A stretch of DNA of 64,000 nt. Origin: Ylistrum balloti (Eukaryota). Location: positions 682,001-746,000 of the forward strand of contig NW_026782580.1 of assembly GCF_031769215.1 (NCBI RefSeq), read 5' to 3'. Position numbers and translations under genes: made by a program. Of the stretch, positions 22,761 to 37,700 are shown piece after piece; the stretch's first letter is position 1; the number at the start of each line of letters is the position of its first letter. The notes below the pieces were generated by a model. It was not told the DNA's origin, did not search any database, and was given only the letters and a program-made list of their open reading frames with translations.

Positions 22761-25700
22761 GTAAATATTATGTACCGTATTACCGTATCGCACGAATGAT
22801 CTGCAGCCTATAGGCCAACGTAGCTAGTATGAAATTTACAGATTAGGTCCCTTGGATTGTATTATGTATAAGACATTTAAACAATGGACTTAAATTTGTG
22901 ATTCGACCAGAAACATGAGGCGAATGTATACATATTTCACTTATTTGCATTCGTTCATTGTATGTGCTTAGTGTATGCTCTCATACAGACACGATATCTA
23001 GGGACTGCTTGTATCTGATTTAGGCTACATTTAGCCTATATTTACATCGGTAAGGAATGCAACATGCAGTCAAATTGGCAGAGTAACTAATGAGTTGTGA
23101 GAGCGTTTTAACCATGTAACTCTATACCACCATACTACTTTGTATATATGGTTTTCGTGACATGAATGAAGATTATGGATAATTATATTACACGTTAAAC
23201 AGGACTGTTACTTTGATACCTTTCCCTTGGACTGTAAAAGTTGTAACATTATGCTATTTCTATTTTTTCGGATTGATGTCTATAGAGACAGAACCATGCC
23301 TACATTTATTAACTTTACAACTATACTCAAGTTCAACAGCTTTATTTTGCATTGGTTACTGAAAAGCAGAGGCAGAATGTCACATCACTCACCAGTAGGG
23401 ATTACACTGACCTGGTATGCAGTGCTTTTCACAAATTTGTTGACAAATTTTCCCCTAGTGATCTTAAATGTAGGTCAACAGGGCCTAGGAAAAACCTTCA
23501 AAAGTGAAAAGCATTTGTTCAGACTAAGAATTCACTAGTCAGGAAAATTTACATGTATGTTACAAATTGTGTGTTTTTAGAACTACATTTATGATAACAA
23601 AATAATTTGTCAAATTGATTCATTTGAATCAACTTGTAAACAAATGAACTTTATTCAACATATCAAAGTCTGCTGATCAGTGTTTCTGATCACAATTTAG
23701 TTGCCATGTTTTTAATCTGTCACTTCAAAGACTCACTGATTTTGAACCATTTTACCAACATGCAATTGTGACATTTTTCAATGAATCTAGGTGTAACATT
23801 ATGCAAATTGAAGAAATTATTTGCTGAAGATCATTTTGGTTACAGGTTTTACTAAAATCAGACATCAGAATTTAGAATTTGGGGAATATGCTACCCATGG
23901 TGGAAGAAGTGGAATTTTTGTGTTATTTTGAGAATTTCGGAAAGCCCTTTTCTGTATTTTGGAGAAATTTCTCATATTTCCAATATATTTTCTTTATGCA
24001 GAATTTGTGTATATTCAGAGGGAAAACATACCACTAGGGGAATACTTACTTTTTCTGGCACTAAATATTTGTTTTATTTTAATCCCTGCATGACAGCTGT
24101 CTTTCTTAGACTGCCCAGTGAAAGAGAATGAATTTCATTTTTGCTACAGCAGTATCTTTCAAAAAGTTGCTTGAATGGCAAGTCAAAAGGGAGATAGTTT
24201 TATTTAAAAGGCAAAAAGAATAATATGGACAGAAATTTACTCTTCTGATGGATGAATTGACAATAAAAATCACTTGTCTGTTGCCAAAACCCACCAATCA
24301 GGACAAGCGGACAAGTGTTTTTACTGGGCACTGGGTCAAGATTGTTGGGTTTCATCAGTCTATCAGACAAATATGATCCTAGGCCTTTTGGTTAATCATC
24401 ACAATTCGTTTGAAGTAATTAATAGATTTGGCCCTTGTGACCTTGAATACAGGCTAAGGTCATTTCGTTTTGGAACTTTGTGAGATTTCATCTTATTCTA
24501 GAACACTATAATCCAAATATCATTATTCTACTTTTAAGCCTTTTGTTAATCACAAAAAGTTGTTTTAGGACTGAACAAATTTAACCCTGTGGCATTGGAT
24601 ATGGTCAACGTCATTTCTTTTCTCAAACTTGTCAAATGATATTTGTGGGAAGAAATTGTCATTTTCATGTGAATGCTGTGCAACGATCACTTCATTATCC
24701 ACAAGCTGATCAATATCATGTTTAAAAAATTAGTACAAACCTAACCTTACTTTTTCTGTACTTACCAATATTCCAGGGGAACAATGTTAACCACAACAAT
24801 AAAAATGGATTTAACATTACTTTCACCACCAAGTGTCAAATCTTTGCTATTGATGGCATTGGTTTAAATTAATTATATTGTTCCCCCATTTGACCAAGAT
24901 TTAAGGAAAGTATATGTAATCAGGGCAAACAATTTTATTAATTAGATGGCATATATACCTTTCTTCAGCTCGTTGCTTGACGACCTAACCATATTTATTT
25001 ATCAATGTGGTTCAAGATGGATAATTGAAGTTCCATAATCGATTATTGGTTGCAATATGGGTCAAAATGATGGCATGATACATAGCTGAAGAAAATGTCC
25101 ATTTTCTGGTAGAGATGAACCAAGTACAAATTTAAGTTTTTTCTGTATGCCTAAGTAAATGATATCATATTCCACAGAGTTCTGAAAAATGCTTAATTAC
25201 ATGATTAATGAAGGAAGTCTTTATCTGATGGAACTTATCAGACTCGCAAGATGAAAAATACAAGAAGAAAATACCAATTTAACATGGCAACATAATCATA
25301 ATGCAAACTCAGATTCAATAAAATATAAACAAAAGACAGATTTACATAGAGATTCTTGAAAAAGTACAAGTAGAATAAGATCAGGTGTTCAGAAGAGAAA
25401 TCATCTTCTGCTTAATCACCATTTTAATCTTGGTCAATCCAAGTAAGTAATGTAACATTTTCAAATGAAAACATGGTATACAACAATGGAACCAACAGGC
25501 AAACTAAGGAGCATCAAATACGTTGAGCTTGATATCACACAAAGAGATAGGATATTTGTCATTGAGATCACCATGATGACCATAAAACTCTCCCCCAATT
25601 TTTGTCAGCTTGTGTCTTTTTGAAAGCCTGTGTTACAAGTTTGTCCATCAGTTCACAACTTATTGCAAAAAATTCACAATAACAAGAGCAGGCCCTTGAA

Positions 25701-28700
25701 TATTGAATCAATTGTGATGTATTAAAACCATATGTTGTGAATGAAGGGATTTTGCTGTCCAAAAATGAAAAAAAAAACACAAAAAGATAAGTAATCCATG
25801 TTGGTTTCAATGTAGGAAAAGATAGAGATAAGTGGCTGATATTGAAGAGCCTGTCATGTCTGATTTCTAATTCTGGTGGGGATATAGGGTGGACAAGTCC
25901 AACCTTTTATGAAAACAAAAACAAATCAGCCAACAAAGAGGCACAGTTCCTATAGGTATGCCAAGATGTTGTCAATCAGAAACTTGATCATTTTTACTAA
26001 ATTCGCCTTCCTATATTTTTTCTATGATTTGGATGTTTTTTTCTCAAAATACACTTCAGTATAGTTCACAACCATATATTTGTACCAACATTCACTTTTC
26101 TTGAAAAAGAATGCTCTCATAACAAGAGAGTAGAGGTGTTCTCTAGTTTTGAATAGGATATGATGGTCTACAATAGATCTAGAGGTGAAATGAATGTTTG
26201 CGAATGAATACCAAATGACCAAATATCCTATTAGTTGAATGGTATTCAAATATTCAGTATGATATTTATAGGGCTATAACCCGAGTACCCATATACGGGT
26301 CAGGTTTGAGAAATAACTGGGTCCAAAAATGTGTACCTGGGTACCTGTCAAAATAGGAAATATTCTATCTTCTGTATATATTATCTGATTATTAAAGTAA
26401 TACAGTATCGCACTCATTTGTTCCGGTTTCATTCACTGAGGATGACACTTTATCTGTTTGTTACATTTCCACATTCAACATTGGTGATTTTAGTTTTCTC
26501 ACATCCGCATTTCATGAAGGGAATCGTCAAACACACATGTTTACACGATAGAATGGTGTACTTTACTCTGTTACCATGGATAACACACAAGGATTACCAA
26601 ATTTCTTGTTGGAATTAAACAACATTCTTATTAATTTATTTTAGTGTGTTTTGATTCTGGGTTGAAACTTTCACTGGTGTTGTTCCTACGATGTCGTCAA
26701 GCTCAATAACTTTGTCAAATACGGTAATGTCTCAATCCCACTTCACTTTTTGTTGACCATGTGCAAGTAATACCATCCTGCCAACTTTTGACTGGATGCA
26801 GTTTGTCTTAAGATCGTTCTAATTACAAAATAGTTGATAGGTGCAAAGAAAGGAATTCAATAATATCATCAGTGAAGCGTTGTGTTCATACAATGTATAT
26901 GGTTGAATTTGTACTTGTTCCCCAAAGTTACAAACACTTTTTAACAAGGTAACACTACATTTTATTGTAATGTCAGATAAAAGTCGGGTACCCGAGTATG
27001 GGTCTGGAATTAAAATTTGGGTATCCAAGCCCAAAATTTTGTACCCATTACAATCCTAATACTTACCTTCCTTTAGTCCCATGGTTAGAATTATGGAGAA
27101 ATGTAGCAGCTGGGTTTGGAAGTATTTCCAGCTGAATTCTGACAAATCTAAAGCTGAATAAACTGTGCTCTTTGGTTTGATCATACAAAGTAACTCCGTC
27201 TAACAAAGCAAATTATCTCCGGAGGAAACATCCTGTGACTACAATAAGTTTCCATTGAAAACGTTAGGCTTCTGTTCCGGTCCAGCACTCGGTGTAGTAT
27301 AAAATGACATTTATAAAGCAACAATTCAGCAAATGGAAAACACATGAATGATGATATATAAACATGTTTCTAACATGAAGTAGTAAACAAATGTGAAAAT
27401 CTGCTATCTTACATCTACATAGTGTCATTGCATATAGTAGTCAGAATAAAAGAATCTTCAAATCGAGAAAATTCACATCAACTGGTTTCTTCTAACAGTG
27501 AATGAAATTGCCAAAAAAAGCTAGTTTTTTCCTTATGTTGTAAATAATAAACGCAAACAAAAGTATTTGAAGCACATGACAGTGATTTACTGTAGCTAAA
27601 GATTGGTTTATGTTTAAGATTTGAGAAAAGAAATTTACTGCTGATTTTGTCTTGTTGGGTTATTAAAGTGGTTTTGCATGAAATATGTTTGTTCAAAAGT
27701 ATTTTTGATATGTAATACTCATTAAGGAATGGTTTCTTACGAGCTACATCTGACTTGTCTGAGGTGTTCTGATTGATGACATACCTTGTCACAAGCACTC
27801 AATAGACAAAGGAATTTTTTTCAATTAAGATCATTGCTGTCCCTGTACATGTAAAATTTGATTATTGTTCAGTCTTTTGAAATGCAATAATTTGTCTCTT
27901 GACAATATGACAGTCACATGCAGGTAAATAGCTTCACTTATAAATTAATTTGTAACTTGTTTGGGCCTTCAGTATGAAGATCAGTAGTGTCTTGCAACCT
28001 GGATATTCCAGTTGCTACGATTACTTTAGATTACTTTAAATTGAAGGCTTTAGCAAGGTAATTTGATTGGTTCCAGGAGAAAAAATTGACCCAATCACAC
28101 ACTAATATGCTCCTTTTGAAGATTTTAGGAGCAACACCCAACTTCAAAGCCATTGCAATATATACAATTATGCAATCTAAAGATTCGTTTGATGTACATC
28201 AAAGAATCAAACTAGTCTTTTGTCTTTTTCACAAGATGTCACACATAGAACCTTTAATTTTTCCATGACATGTTTCAGGGATGCAGAGAGCAAAATGAAT
28301 GTAACTCCTGGAGTAAGGAGGATGAGTGTCTTGTAAAACATTAAGAAAAGGTCTTTTTATTTTGTTTGTGTATATGTAAACTGCTGCATAAGGAACAAAT
28401 CTATGTGGAAACTAATGTCACTATTAATATAAACTTGCAGGCATCATCTCCAGGCCTGCTTCTAACGCATATATGGATCCATTGTTCTATAGAAACTGGT
28501 TGCAACATCACGCTTGAAAGAAGTAATTTTGAAAGTCATATTGTAACTTGTATTAGCAATCATGGATAGTAGAGGTGGTGTATATATGTGGGCGGCAGAG
28601 GCCAGTGTTTTTGTAGACCGTACTATATAGCAACCAAGCACAAGGGATGTTATAAGTACCCGAGTACCTGGACATGGGCCAGGTTGTAGGAAAATTAGAC

Positions 28701-31700
28701 TCGAAAATGTGTACCAGGGTAGCTGTTCACAAATTCAGTGATCCTTCTTTGTCAGCAGTAAAAACTTATTGAAACATTTTCTCTCGTCAAGGATGACACT
28801 TTTTCTGTAATATTTAATTTTGTTTTCTAACAACCATATCTTTCATGGTGGGAACTATTGTCCACTTTTGGCAAGCTTTATCATTGTCGTATGGATAACC
28901 CCAGCAGCTGCCAGAATTAGATTTCTTCCTGTGTTGCGCATGTGCAATTCAAGGTTTATACAGTTTGATGAGCTTATTTGACAAAACATTACTGCAAACT
29001 TGTTACCCTTTACAAGTGTTTAGGTAACAGCTGATTGATGTGACAAAATAAATATGATAACATCTTCACTGAAACATAGTTAACATTGGGTGATTTTGTT
29101 ATTTCTCCTTAGTTATAAGCCCCACTCAGCAGAGGTACTTTTAACATTGGGTCTGATATTTCGAGTACCAGCTGGGTACAAGTTTCAGATTAAAAATATG
29201 GTAAATAGTGCCAAAATTCAGTATCCGTGACAGCACTGATGTTGTTGGTCAACATCAATATCTATTGTTAGTCCTGGTTGTAATTATATGTTATTTTGTT
29301 CCATCAGCAAATAAATTGCAGATATATCATATGTACATAAAAGGATTGACAAATTACCATAGTTCCAGAATCTCTGCCTTTGTGTCAGTTATTTGTATTG
29401 CTGAGTCTAAAACATTAATGACAACATATCATGACATTGACTCTGTGTGGATGTTGACATGGTTTCAAGTCAGAATTTGCATCAAATTCCTACAATCAAT
29501 AATGAACAGTCATACTTTTGAACGACATGGTCACCTGATAATGCAAACTACAACTGTCATATACATTTTTTTTTTTTTTTTTAAATTACAATTCTTCATG
29601 GCATAGTTACAAAATTTACCTCGCAGGAGCAAAATCAGTTATCAAATTGTCACCAGTGCAAATAAATTGTAATACCTTGTATATGCTAACAGTATAAATA
29701 ATAAAGAGATTGTGTGGATATCCCTGAAAAAATATGAACAAGGGGAATTGGACAAGGTGTTCTGGAAGGGTAAGCATCTTGTTTGTTGCTACAACTGCTT
29801 GTCAATCCAAGTAAGTAATATCATGTTCCCAAATGAGAACCATAAAACTTCCTCCTTATCTTCATCAACCTGCACCTCTTGAAATCCTGTCCTGAGAGTT
29901 CATCTGTCAGTTGTTGATATCTTGGACAAAAATCATGTTATTGGTGGAATGCACTTAAAATGTTTAAAAAGAATACTTTTTAGATGATTTAACAAAATTA
30001 AGATGTAGACTCCATTTTTAGAATAGAAAATATCTTTGAAAATTTGTTCAGACAGGAGCCACATCTAAGCTTGATGTTAATGTAAGATCTTGTTTGATTA
30101 TTTTGCATAGGTGCAACTCAGAATGTAGACAAGGCACTATTAAGATTTTTTTCCAGAAAATTGAATAGTTAAAAATTCACGTATTACACTTGGTTTCCAT
30201 TTTCTCATTTGGTTAAGGTAAACTTGCAATTTATATTCCTTAGACTGTTAGTTCATCAAACACTATTTGCAGCATCTTTATATTGTCAAAAAACCTGTTG
30301 TCAGGTGTCATTCCATTTATGTTTCATCATTATTTACTAGTTGAATTTTGTTTATGAGCTACAGCTTAATACCAGCCATGCTAAGTCATATGTGATAGTG
30401 ATACCGGAAGACTCTTTTAAAATCACATCTATTTCTTTTGTTGGTATGATGGATCAATCTAATGTATGTACATGTGTAATGATCTAATGACAGCTGAGAA
30501 AACTTGGCACTAGACTGTAATTATAGTCTGTACATATATATGTAAAGGGAAGGTCTGAAGTTTCCATTACCAAATGGATGGATGTTGACTTCATTATTTG
30601 GGAGGGAAAGGCTAGTGGCCTGGATTGTATGTATGGAAGGTTTTTTCTCTCTGTCACCAAGATCCACATGTTTACATTCTGATGTGAGATATGTTACAAA
30701 GCTGGGATTAGATCGCTACAGTATCAGAATCTTTTTCTGGAGATCATGATCAGTCCTTTATTCCAAATTGTCTACATTGCTGGTAGATTTAGAAATGTGG
30801 CCTGTCGAGCGTGTTGGCTAGTGCTGGCTGTAGATGTGGGGACCCAACAGCCACATTTAATACACTGAGCTGGTAGCTGCGAGACGATTATTGAACACAT
30901 CCGATCAACCCATATTTCAGTTGTTCAATAAGCAAATTGTTGAGCTCACTTGGTCTTTTTTCCAAGAAAACATCATATGGTGACTTGTAAGAGTGAATTG
31001 CTTTTATCAATGGTGAAGGAACTAGTGTAATCATGTTTGGAATATACCTTGTATATGTATAATTGTTCAAAAATGCATTGAGGAAATACAGTTTAAAGTT
31101 GTGGAAATGGAACACTCTAAAGAAAGAAGGAGAGCAGTGTCGAGTGGGGGCCAATCAGGTTGGTATTGGTAGAGTCAGGAAATGTAGGTTCACGCCAGTA
31201 TTTGTATCAGTAAAGCTTCAGGCAAGGAATCATTGATTCCTGCTGACTTCTCCAATCAGTCTGTGTGTATGCACATGTGTTCTTGGGCTTGCTGAGTTTT
31301 AAGCTACAGCACAAAATTAAAACATGCTAAAGCCAGTAACAATGTGTACATATGTTAGTGATAGGTTAAGGTATTTCTAAATAATTATGTAGAGTTTAGA
31401 ATATATTGGTAATTATTGATCATGCAGCAGATTTTGTTATTATGAAGCTAGCACTGTTTGTATTGAATAGTAAGGAAAATGTGTAGTCTCAAAACAGTGT
31501 ACATTCTGATTTCCACATGCAATTTTGTATCAGCTTCTGGGCAAGCTTTCTCAGTAAATGGTTGTTTGTCTTCTTGACAAGGTGTAGGGTGACAAGGGAG
31601 CTAGTCAAGCAAGACTAACATCACTAGATCCATGTCTGTTAATGAAATCTACTTTAGGAGAGGTGATTGATTTGTATCTATAACCATGATAGCCTTGTTG

Positions 31701-34700
31701 GTAGAACTTCAGACAAATACAATCTCGTGTAAAAATATGAGGTGTGGTGTGGTCCAGAGAAGTTGTGATCACAGACAATCCTCTGCTGTCATGGTTGTGT
31801 CCTTGAGCAAAACACTTTATTTACCTCAGTTGTTCTTGATAGTTTGTAACCGACCTCCTGCATGATGTTCAGTGAGGTAGGTATACTGAGACCCAGATCA
31901 AAATAACCTTGGATGTTCACAAGGTGATAAATTCAGCATAAGCAATATCAGTATAGTCTTGAATCACCCCTCATGTATCAATTTCACTTTTCATTTTCTT
32001 TGGAAGAATTTAATTCTATATTCCAAATTTGATTTTAATCAGCACTGTCAAGTGTTTTGCCATTTTTGTAGGAGCCTAGACATTTTCTCTTCAGAAAACC
32101 TTGTTACCTACTTGTACAAATTTCAATTTCATTGAAAGCAGGAAGATGTGCATATAATTGTATGATGAGAAACATCTCTTATTTCATAAATGGAACCATT
32201 CACTGCTATTGGTATTTTCATCATTGTGGCATTTGAATGAAATATTGTAACTTTACTCAATATTACATGTAAAAAAAAGGGTTGGTGAATATCACAAATG
32301 GCATATAAATCAGGAAACTCTACACTCTGCAGAATTGTTATTTGGGCTCTCGACTAATACCCTCTCCCTGTGTTGAAGTTATTGATCATTACATGGACCT
32401 ATAGAGAGACAGTCACTGAATACATGTAACTAATGATATCAAATTCTTCATAGACAATTAATCTGAAGTCAAGCATTCTGATCATATCAAATTGAGCACA
32501 TTACAAATGTTGTTGATGGTCAACATCCGAAGATAGGAAGTCAGAACTAACATGTGCTACCGATTTGAAAATGTTTAAACATAAGATATTGTAATATAGT
32601 GTAACAAAAGTTTCCGATAAAACACTGTCATGATTGTCTGACAGTTGATTTACATTATGTACATATATTGTACATGGAAGCTAATAGGTTGCTTGTGTTG
32701 CTGATAACTAACAGCTGTGTTTGAACATATAAATGAGTTTCTGGTGACAATTGCAGGAAGTCTGAAATGACACAACATACCCAAGAAATATCATCTTAAG
32801 TTTACATTTACTGTTTAGTTGGTCTCTCTTGGACTTTTTTTAAACATCTCTTTGGAATGAAGGCCCTTTTAATTTGTGAAAGCAGGTTTTCAGAGGCAAA
32901 TGCTTTTATTTATTCGTGAGAAACACTGGATTGATGGACATCAGATCAATATTGTTTCTAGAAATCAATGAAACATTTTATACTTCAGTTATGTCTTTTC
33001 ATGATGAGTAGGATACCTTTCAAAGACACTACAACTCCAGATGACCTTTGTATCACAGAACTGCGCATTGAATATACTGCTGTGTTCATTGTGTGTATAT
33101 ACATGTGAAGACATCTTTTTCTAGATACAATACAAAGTTACCATTTAGGCTTGTAACCTGCAGTTCAGCATTTCATAGGGATTTACATTCAAAAAGACAA
33201 CATTGATTTGCTTGGCAGGAATAATTTGAATACTTCAATTACACTTGAATAACATGCTGACATGCTATAATACATTGATAACTTCAGAAAGTTTTTATTT
33301 TGTAATTTTAGATTACTTGATTGAAAAATAGTGGGTCTTTTTTTTTATAAAAGGTTTAGCCAGAGAATTGGTTTAACATTTGATGGAAGATTTTATGTGA
33401 AGTGTTGATGAATAGTATTACTTGTAGTTGTGGCTGTGGTATGCCAGAAAGACTGGTTTAAATTAAGAAATCAATTTTGTTCAAAAAGAAAAAAGATTGT
33501 TAAGCTTAACATGTTTTTATTCAACATAACTGTTAATTTGTTGTACAAGTGCAAGCCTTGAATTATTTCAACATATATATCTCTTGCTTTATTTCAGCAT
33601 TTCTAATTAAGGTGCCAGAGAAAGTCAGGAATGATGTTGATTAATTTAGTCGAGTTGAAGCTTGAAATTACTTGTGTAAATGTATTTCTAAGTATGTTTA
33701 TAGCCATGCTGTTCTTTAACAGTCACACATTCCATACCTAGACCATATAAAGGTGATATGAAGTGGTCCTATTGCTTTTACCCAGTTTTTTGTACTATTT
33801 TGATGTTTGAGTTGGGGTCATAAACCCCTTGCATAAAGGTCAAGGTCACACATGCATGCATAAGATTTACAAGTAAGTAAAGCAAAAAGCTGTCATATGT
33901 GTATGTTTATATTTTTCAACAGTATTGAAATATGTTATATCAGCAGCTTATGTTTGTTTGTCTTGTTGGCATAAATGTGGTGTGGTCTTAAGTCATGTCT
34001 GCATCTTTATATGGAGAAATCAGGACTGTCTATCAAGTTGTATTTCCACTGGTAGCAGAAGATCCTGCTTCGCTGATATATTAAAAGTGCATTCTTTCTT
34101 CAACCCAGCTGAGTGTGAGACATGAAATTTGATTATTAAAAGAAGAACACTTTTGATTTGGGTTGATAGTTAATTAATTCATATTATTTGGTGATTGGTA
34201 TAGGGGGAGGTAAATATGTAACTAACACATGTACATGACATTTTTTGTTGGTTTGGGTTGGGGGGCTATTGCTTCATTTTGGGAAGGAAATTAATGAATT
34301 GTGAAGGAAATTTTTAGAGTAAATTGCAAATTTTGGGAATTCTGCATAAATATGAAAGATTTCAATTGGAAATGGGGCCCATTATTGGCCCTATATTGAT
34401 TAATATAAGACTTTTATAGTTGGCTAAAGATGAAATTCCAAAAGGTAGAGAAGGTGACCCTGCATAGCCATGCATTATTAAATATTTCCCAGTCATTTAA
34501 GAAATGTTCTTTCCTTCTTGTTGTATTAGTAAATCATGAGAGTCAACACCTCTAAACATATCCCAGATTCTATACTTAAGACTGTTAAACAGGAGAGGTT
34601 TTAACATTTCTGATCCTTTCATGTGTTAAGCTTGAAGCTTAATGTCTATTCAGTTGATCTGTTTTCTGTTATAACATGTCTATGTCTGTTCACAATTGAA

Positions 34701-37700
34701 AACAGACCTGGAGCTGTTATTCTGTCTAATTCTTTTCTGGATCATGTAGCTAGGTTATCTACTGATATACATACCTTGCCTATATATTAAATTTGTTGTT
34801 ACTGGTGGTATTATTAACCATTTTTATTTCATCATACATTAATTATCTGTAATATAGTCAACCTACTTTTAACATGATGTAACACCATCTGATTATCCTG
34901 GACAGGGTCTATGACAAACACTCTATATACTGAACATTGTGACTTTCAAATGAAGTGATATGAAAACATTGGTTTGGTATCTGTGGTAGCCAGAATTTAT
35001 TTTTCAATTAAAGTAGTGGCATATTACATGAACCAATTATTAATAGAAAAACAAGGAAAGTATTTGAATAAGAATTTGTAAATACAGAGGTATTTCAATA
35101 CATTCTCATTTTAAATGAGTTTGACTATTTACTATGTTACGGTAAACAGTCATCTTTGTGTGCTATCAGGGATCAAATGATAATCTATCTGAGAGTTTTA
35201 AAGAGAAACTTTATCCATAGTTTGCTTAGTATTTATAGAACACTCAAGGTCTTCATGTCACAAATTATATTTTACTGTGTCACGAAAATGCCAGTACCAA
35301 GAATACATCATGGCCTGAATATTTCATTATTACATGATTTAAAGGAACAACTTTGACTGCAGAATTGGTATGAATTCTAGCATGGACTGGCCTGTGGGTT
35401 GAATAGCAATAGAATGAGTCACGGTGACATTAGTGACCATTCAAACTGATTTTCAGTGTCACAGAGCTAACTGTAACTATTAATGCACATATTACTTATT
35501 CTATAATGTATTCAAAGCTTCGGAACCTCCTCCTTTGTGTTTTGCTAGTGTAATTACTGTTCAAAGGATCAGTGAAAATTTTGTACATTTGTATTGTGAA
35601 ATTTAATCATTAGTAAGATTATCATAAAAAATTTTGTCTACTTGTTGGTGATTTTGTTTAACAACAAATTAAGTGGATGCCAATCAGTTTTTGATATACA
35701 TGCATACTTATGCTACATCTTTGTATAGTTTTAGTTATTTTTCATTTCAGTAATATTGTTCACAAAATTATGGTGGCACTGATTGGGATTTTTAAAATTA
35801 ACATGCTCATTATATTATATTCTGCCATTTGGGCTCATTTGTCATAATTTGGTTATTGCTTATCTGGACAAATGAAGTTAATGAGGTGGAGGTATTGAAC
35901 TGACATCTGGTATGTAGTTGCAGAAGGAGAAGATGTAGGTGATTTCTGTTTAGTGCCACTCTACTCATTTTTGTTTTTCAGAGTAATGACCCTTGAACCT
36001 AAAAACTGAAAATATTTTGTGCTCATTTTCTCATAGCTGGATAGAGGTATTGAATTTCATATTTCTTACGTAGTATTGATTACTTAAGATTCACCACCAC
36101 TTGACCCTATATGAGAAAAGGTCAATAATGCTTTGATTGGTTGCAGTTTTTGAGTCCACTTTCCAATGAAATTAGCCTGATGGTCACTGCCTCTTTGAGT
36201 CAGTGATGCTGAAAAGCTCCACTTCATAATTAGTTGTTGGTAGAATACCTGTCCCATTATTTTTTACATTCCCTACTCTTAGAGAGGAAAAATCACCACT
36301 TGTTTAAGCTTTGGAAAGTGAATTGTAGCGATAATTTTGCAATCAATTCTTACTCTCTTCAAACTTTAATCCTGACCTGATGAAAGTGAATGATACACTT
36401 GGAGACACTTTACCTTACATGTATATGGTGCCTGTTAAGGAGGTATGGTAAAGATACGTACTTAACTAAAATGGCATATACACACTAAACCAAACCATGA
36501 ATTAAATGATTAGTACAACAATATACCTATACCTGTGTACTAATCAATTTTCTTGACGTGCTATAACATATCCTGCCAGCCTATAATATCTTTATGGGTC
36601 TGCTCCTGAGGAGATGACAATAAGTCTTGATATTTGGGACTGTTTAACTGTGTATATAGATAACAGCAGGTAGATAAGGGCACAATTAGAGACAAGCACC
36701 AAGTTCATGGACAGCCCATGAAGACAAGGCTAACAAAGGCAGCATGTCTATGTACCTGGCAAGAGTCGACTGCCATCCACTCACCTTTCATTAGTGTTTC
36801 ATTGTCTTTAGGCTACGTATTATGAAGTTTTAAGGTCTCAAAACAATGACTGTCATGGTTACATAATCAGGTACAGAACTAGGCTACAATGTACTTCAAA
36901 TAAGTGTCTTAGTTGATAATTGTTTCCACTTATACTCCACTGGAGAGAAATGCATACTCTACACTTCCGTCTTCCGACCAGGGAGAAATTCTTTTGTCTT
37001 AACCAAGATCGCAGATGGATATAACAAGCATGTAACAGTGTGTGCTACGCTACTGTATACACACAGAACATTGAAAATTACTTATGGTTGCCAGTAATAA
37101 CAGTATGTATACATACTGATAGCTAGGAAAATGAGAAGCTGAATTTGGTTCACTGGGAGAACAAAACTTAGAATTATGGAAAATAAGATATAATTACCAA
37201 TAACTACCATGGTAGATATTAAATTAAAATAAAAACTGTCAAAACTCTGTATAATTATGTGCCCCATTATTTTGACTAACCAGCTGGTTTAGATGAAGAG
37301 AAGGGGGTAGAAAGAGCTTATTATTTTCTGTCTTGAAGATAGGGAACAAAAAATCTTCCATTTAGAAAAGATTATTAGATACTAAAAGTATCTGTTAATC
37401 TTGGACAAAGCTGTGGATAAATGTACCAAACAGCTGAGAATATTTTCCTCTGACAGAAAGTTCTCTGTGCATCTCTCAAGCTGGGAAAGCTGTATCCTAG
37501 CAATCTGCTTGTATCAGGCTATGGAAATCATGAAAATTAATACATGGAATTTTTTTGTGACTTTAGAATAACATAAAACATGAATTTTCCAAAATTCCTT
37601 CTCTAAATTTTGAATTATGTTCACTTCAATGAAGTTGTACACTTGTCATCTTTTTTGGATGAGGAAGGGGGTTGGATGGGATAATCTTAATTTTCTTCCA

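Noticed and set aside
27060-28350. Coding-like minus-strand stretch ([16 protein letters not shown]; 106-aa ORF; AAG|GTAAGT donor)
   Set aside because: Stops in all frames and no recognisable family; may be an old TE but cannot be named from the sequence.
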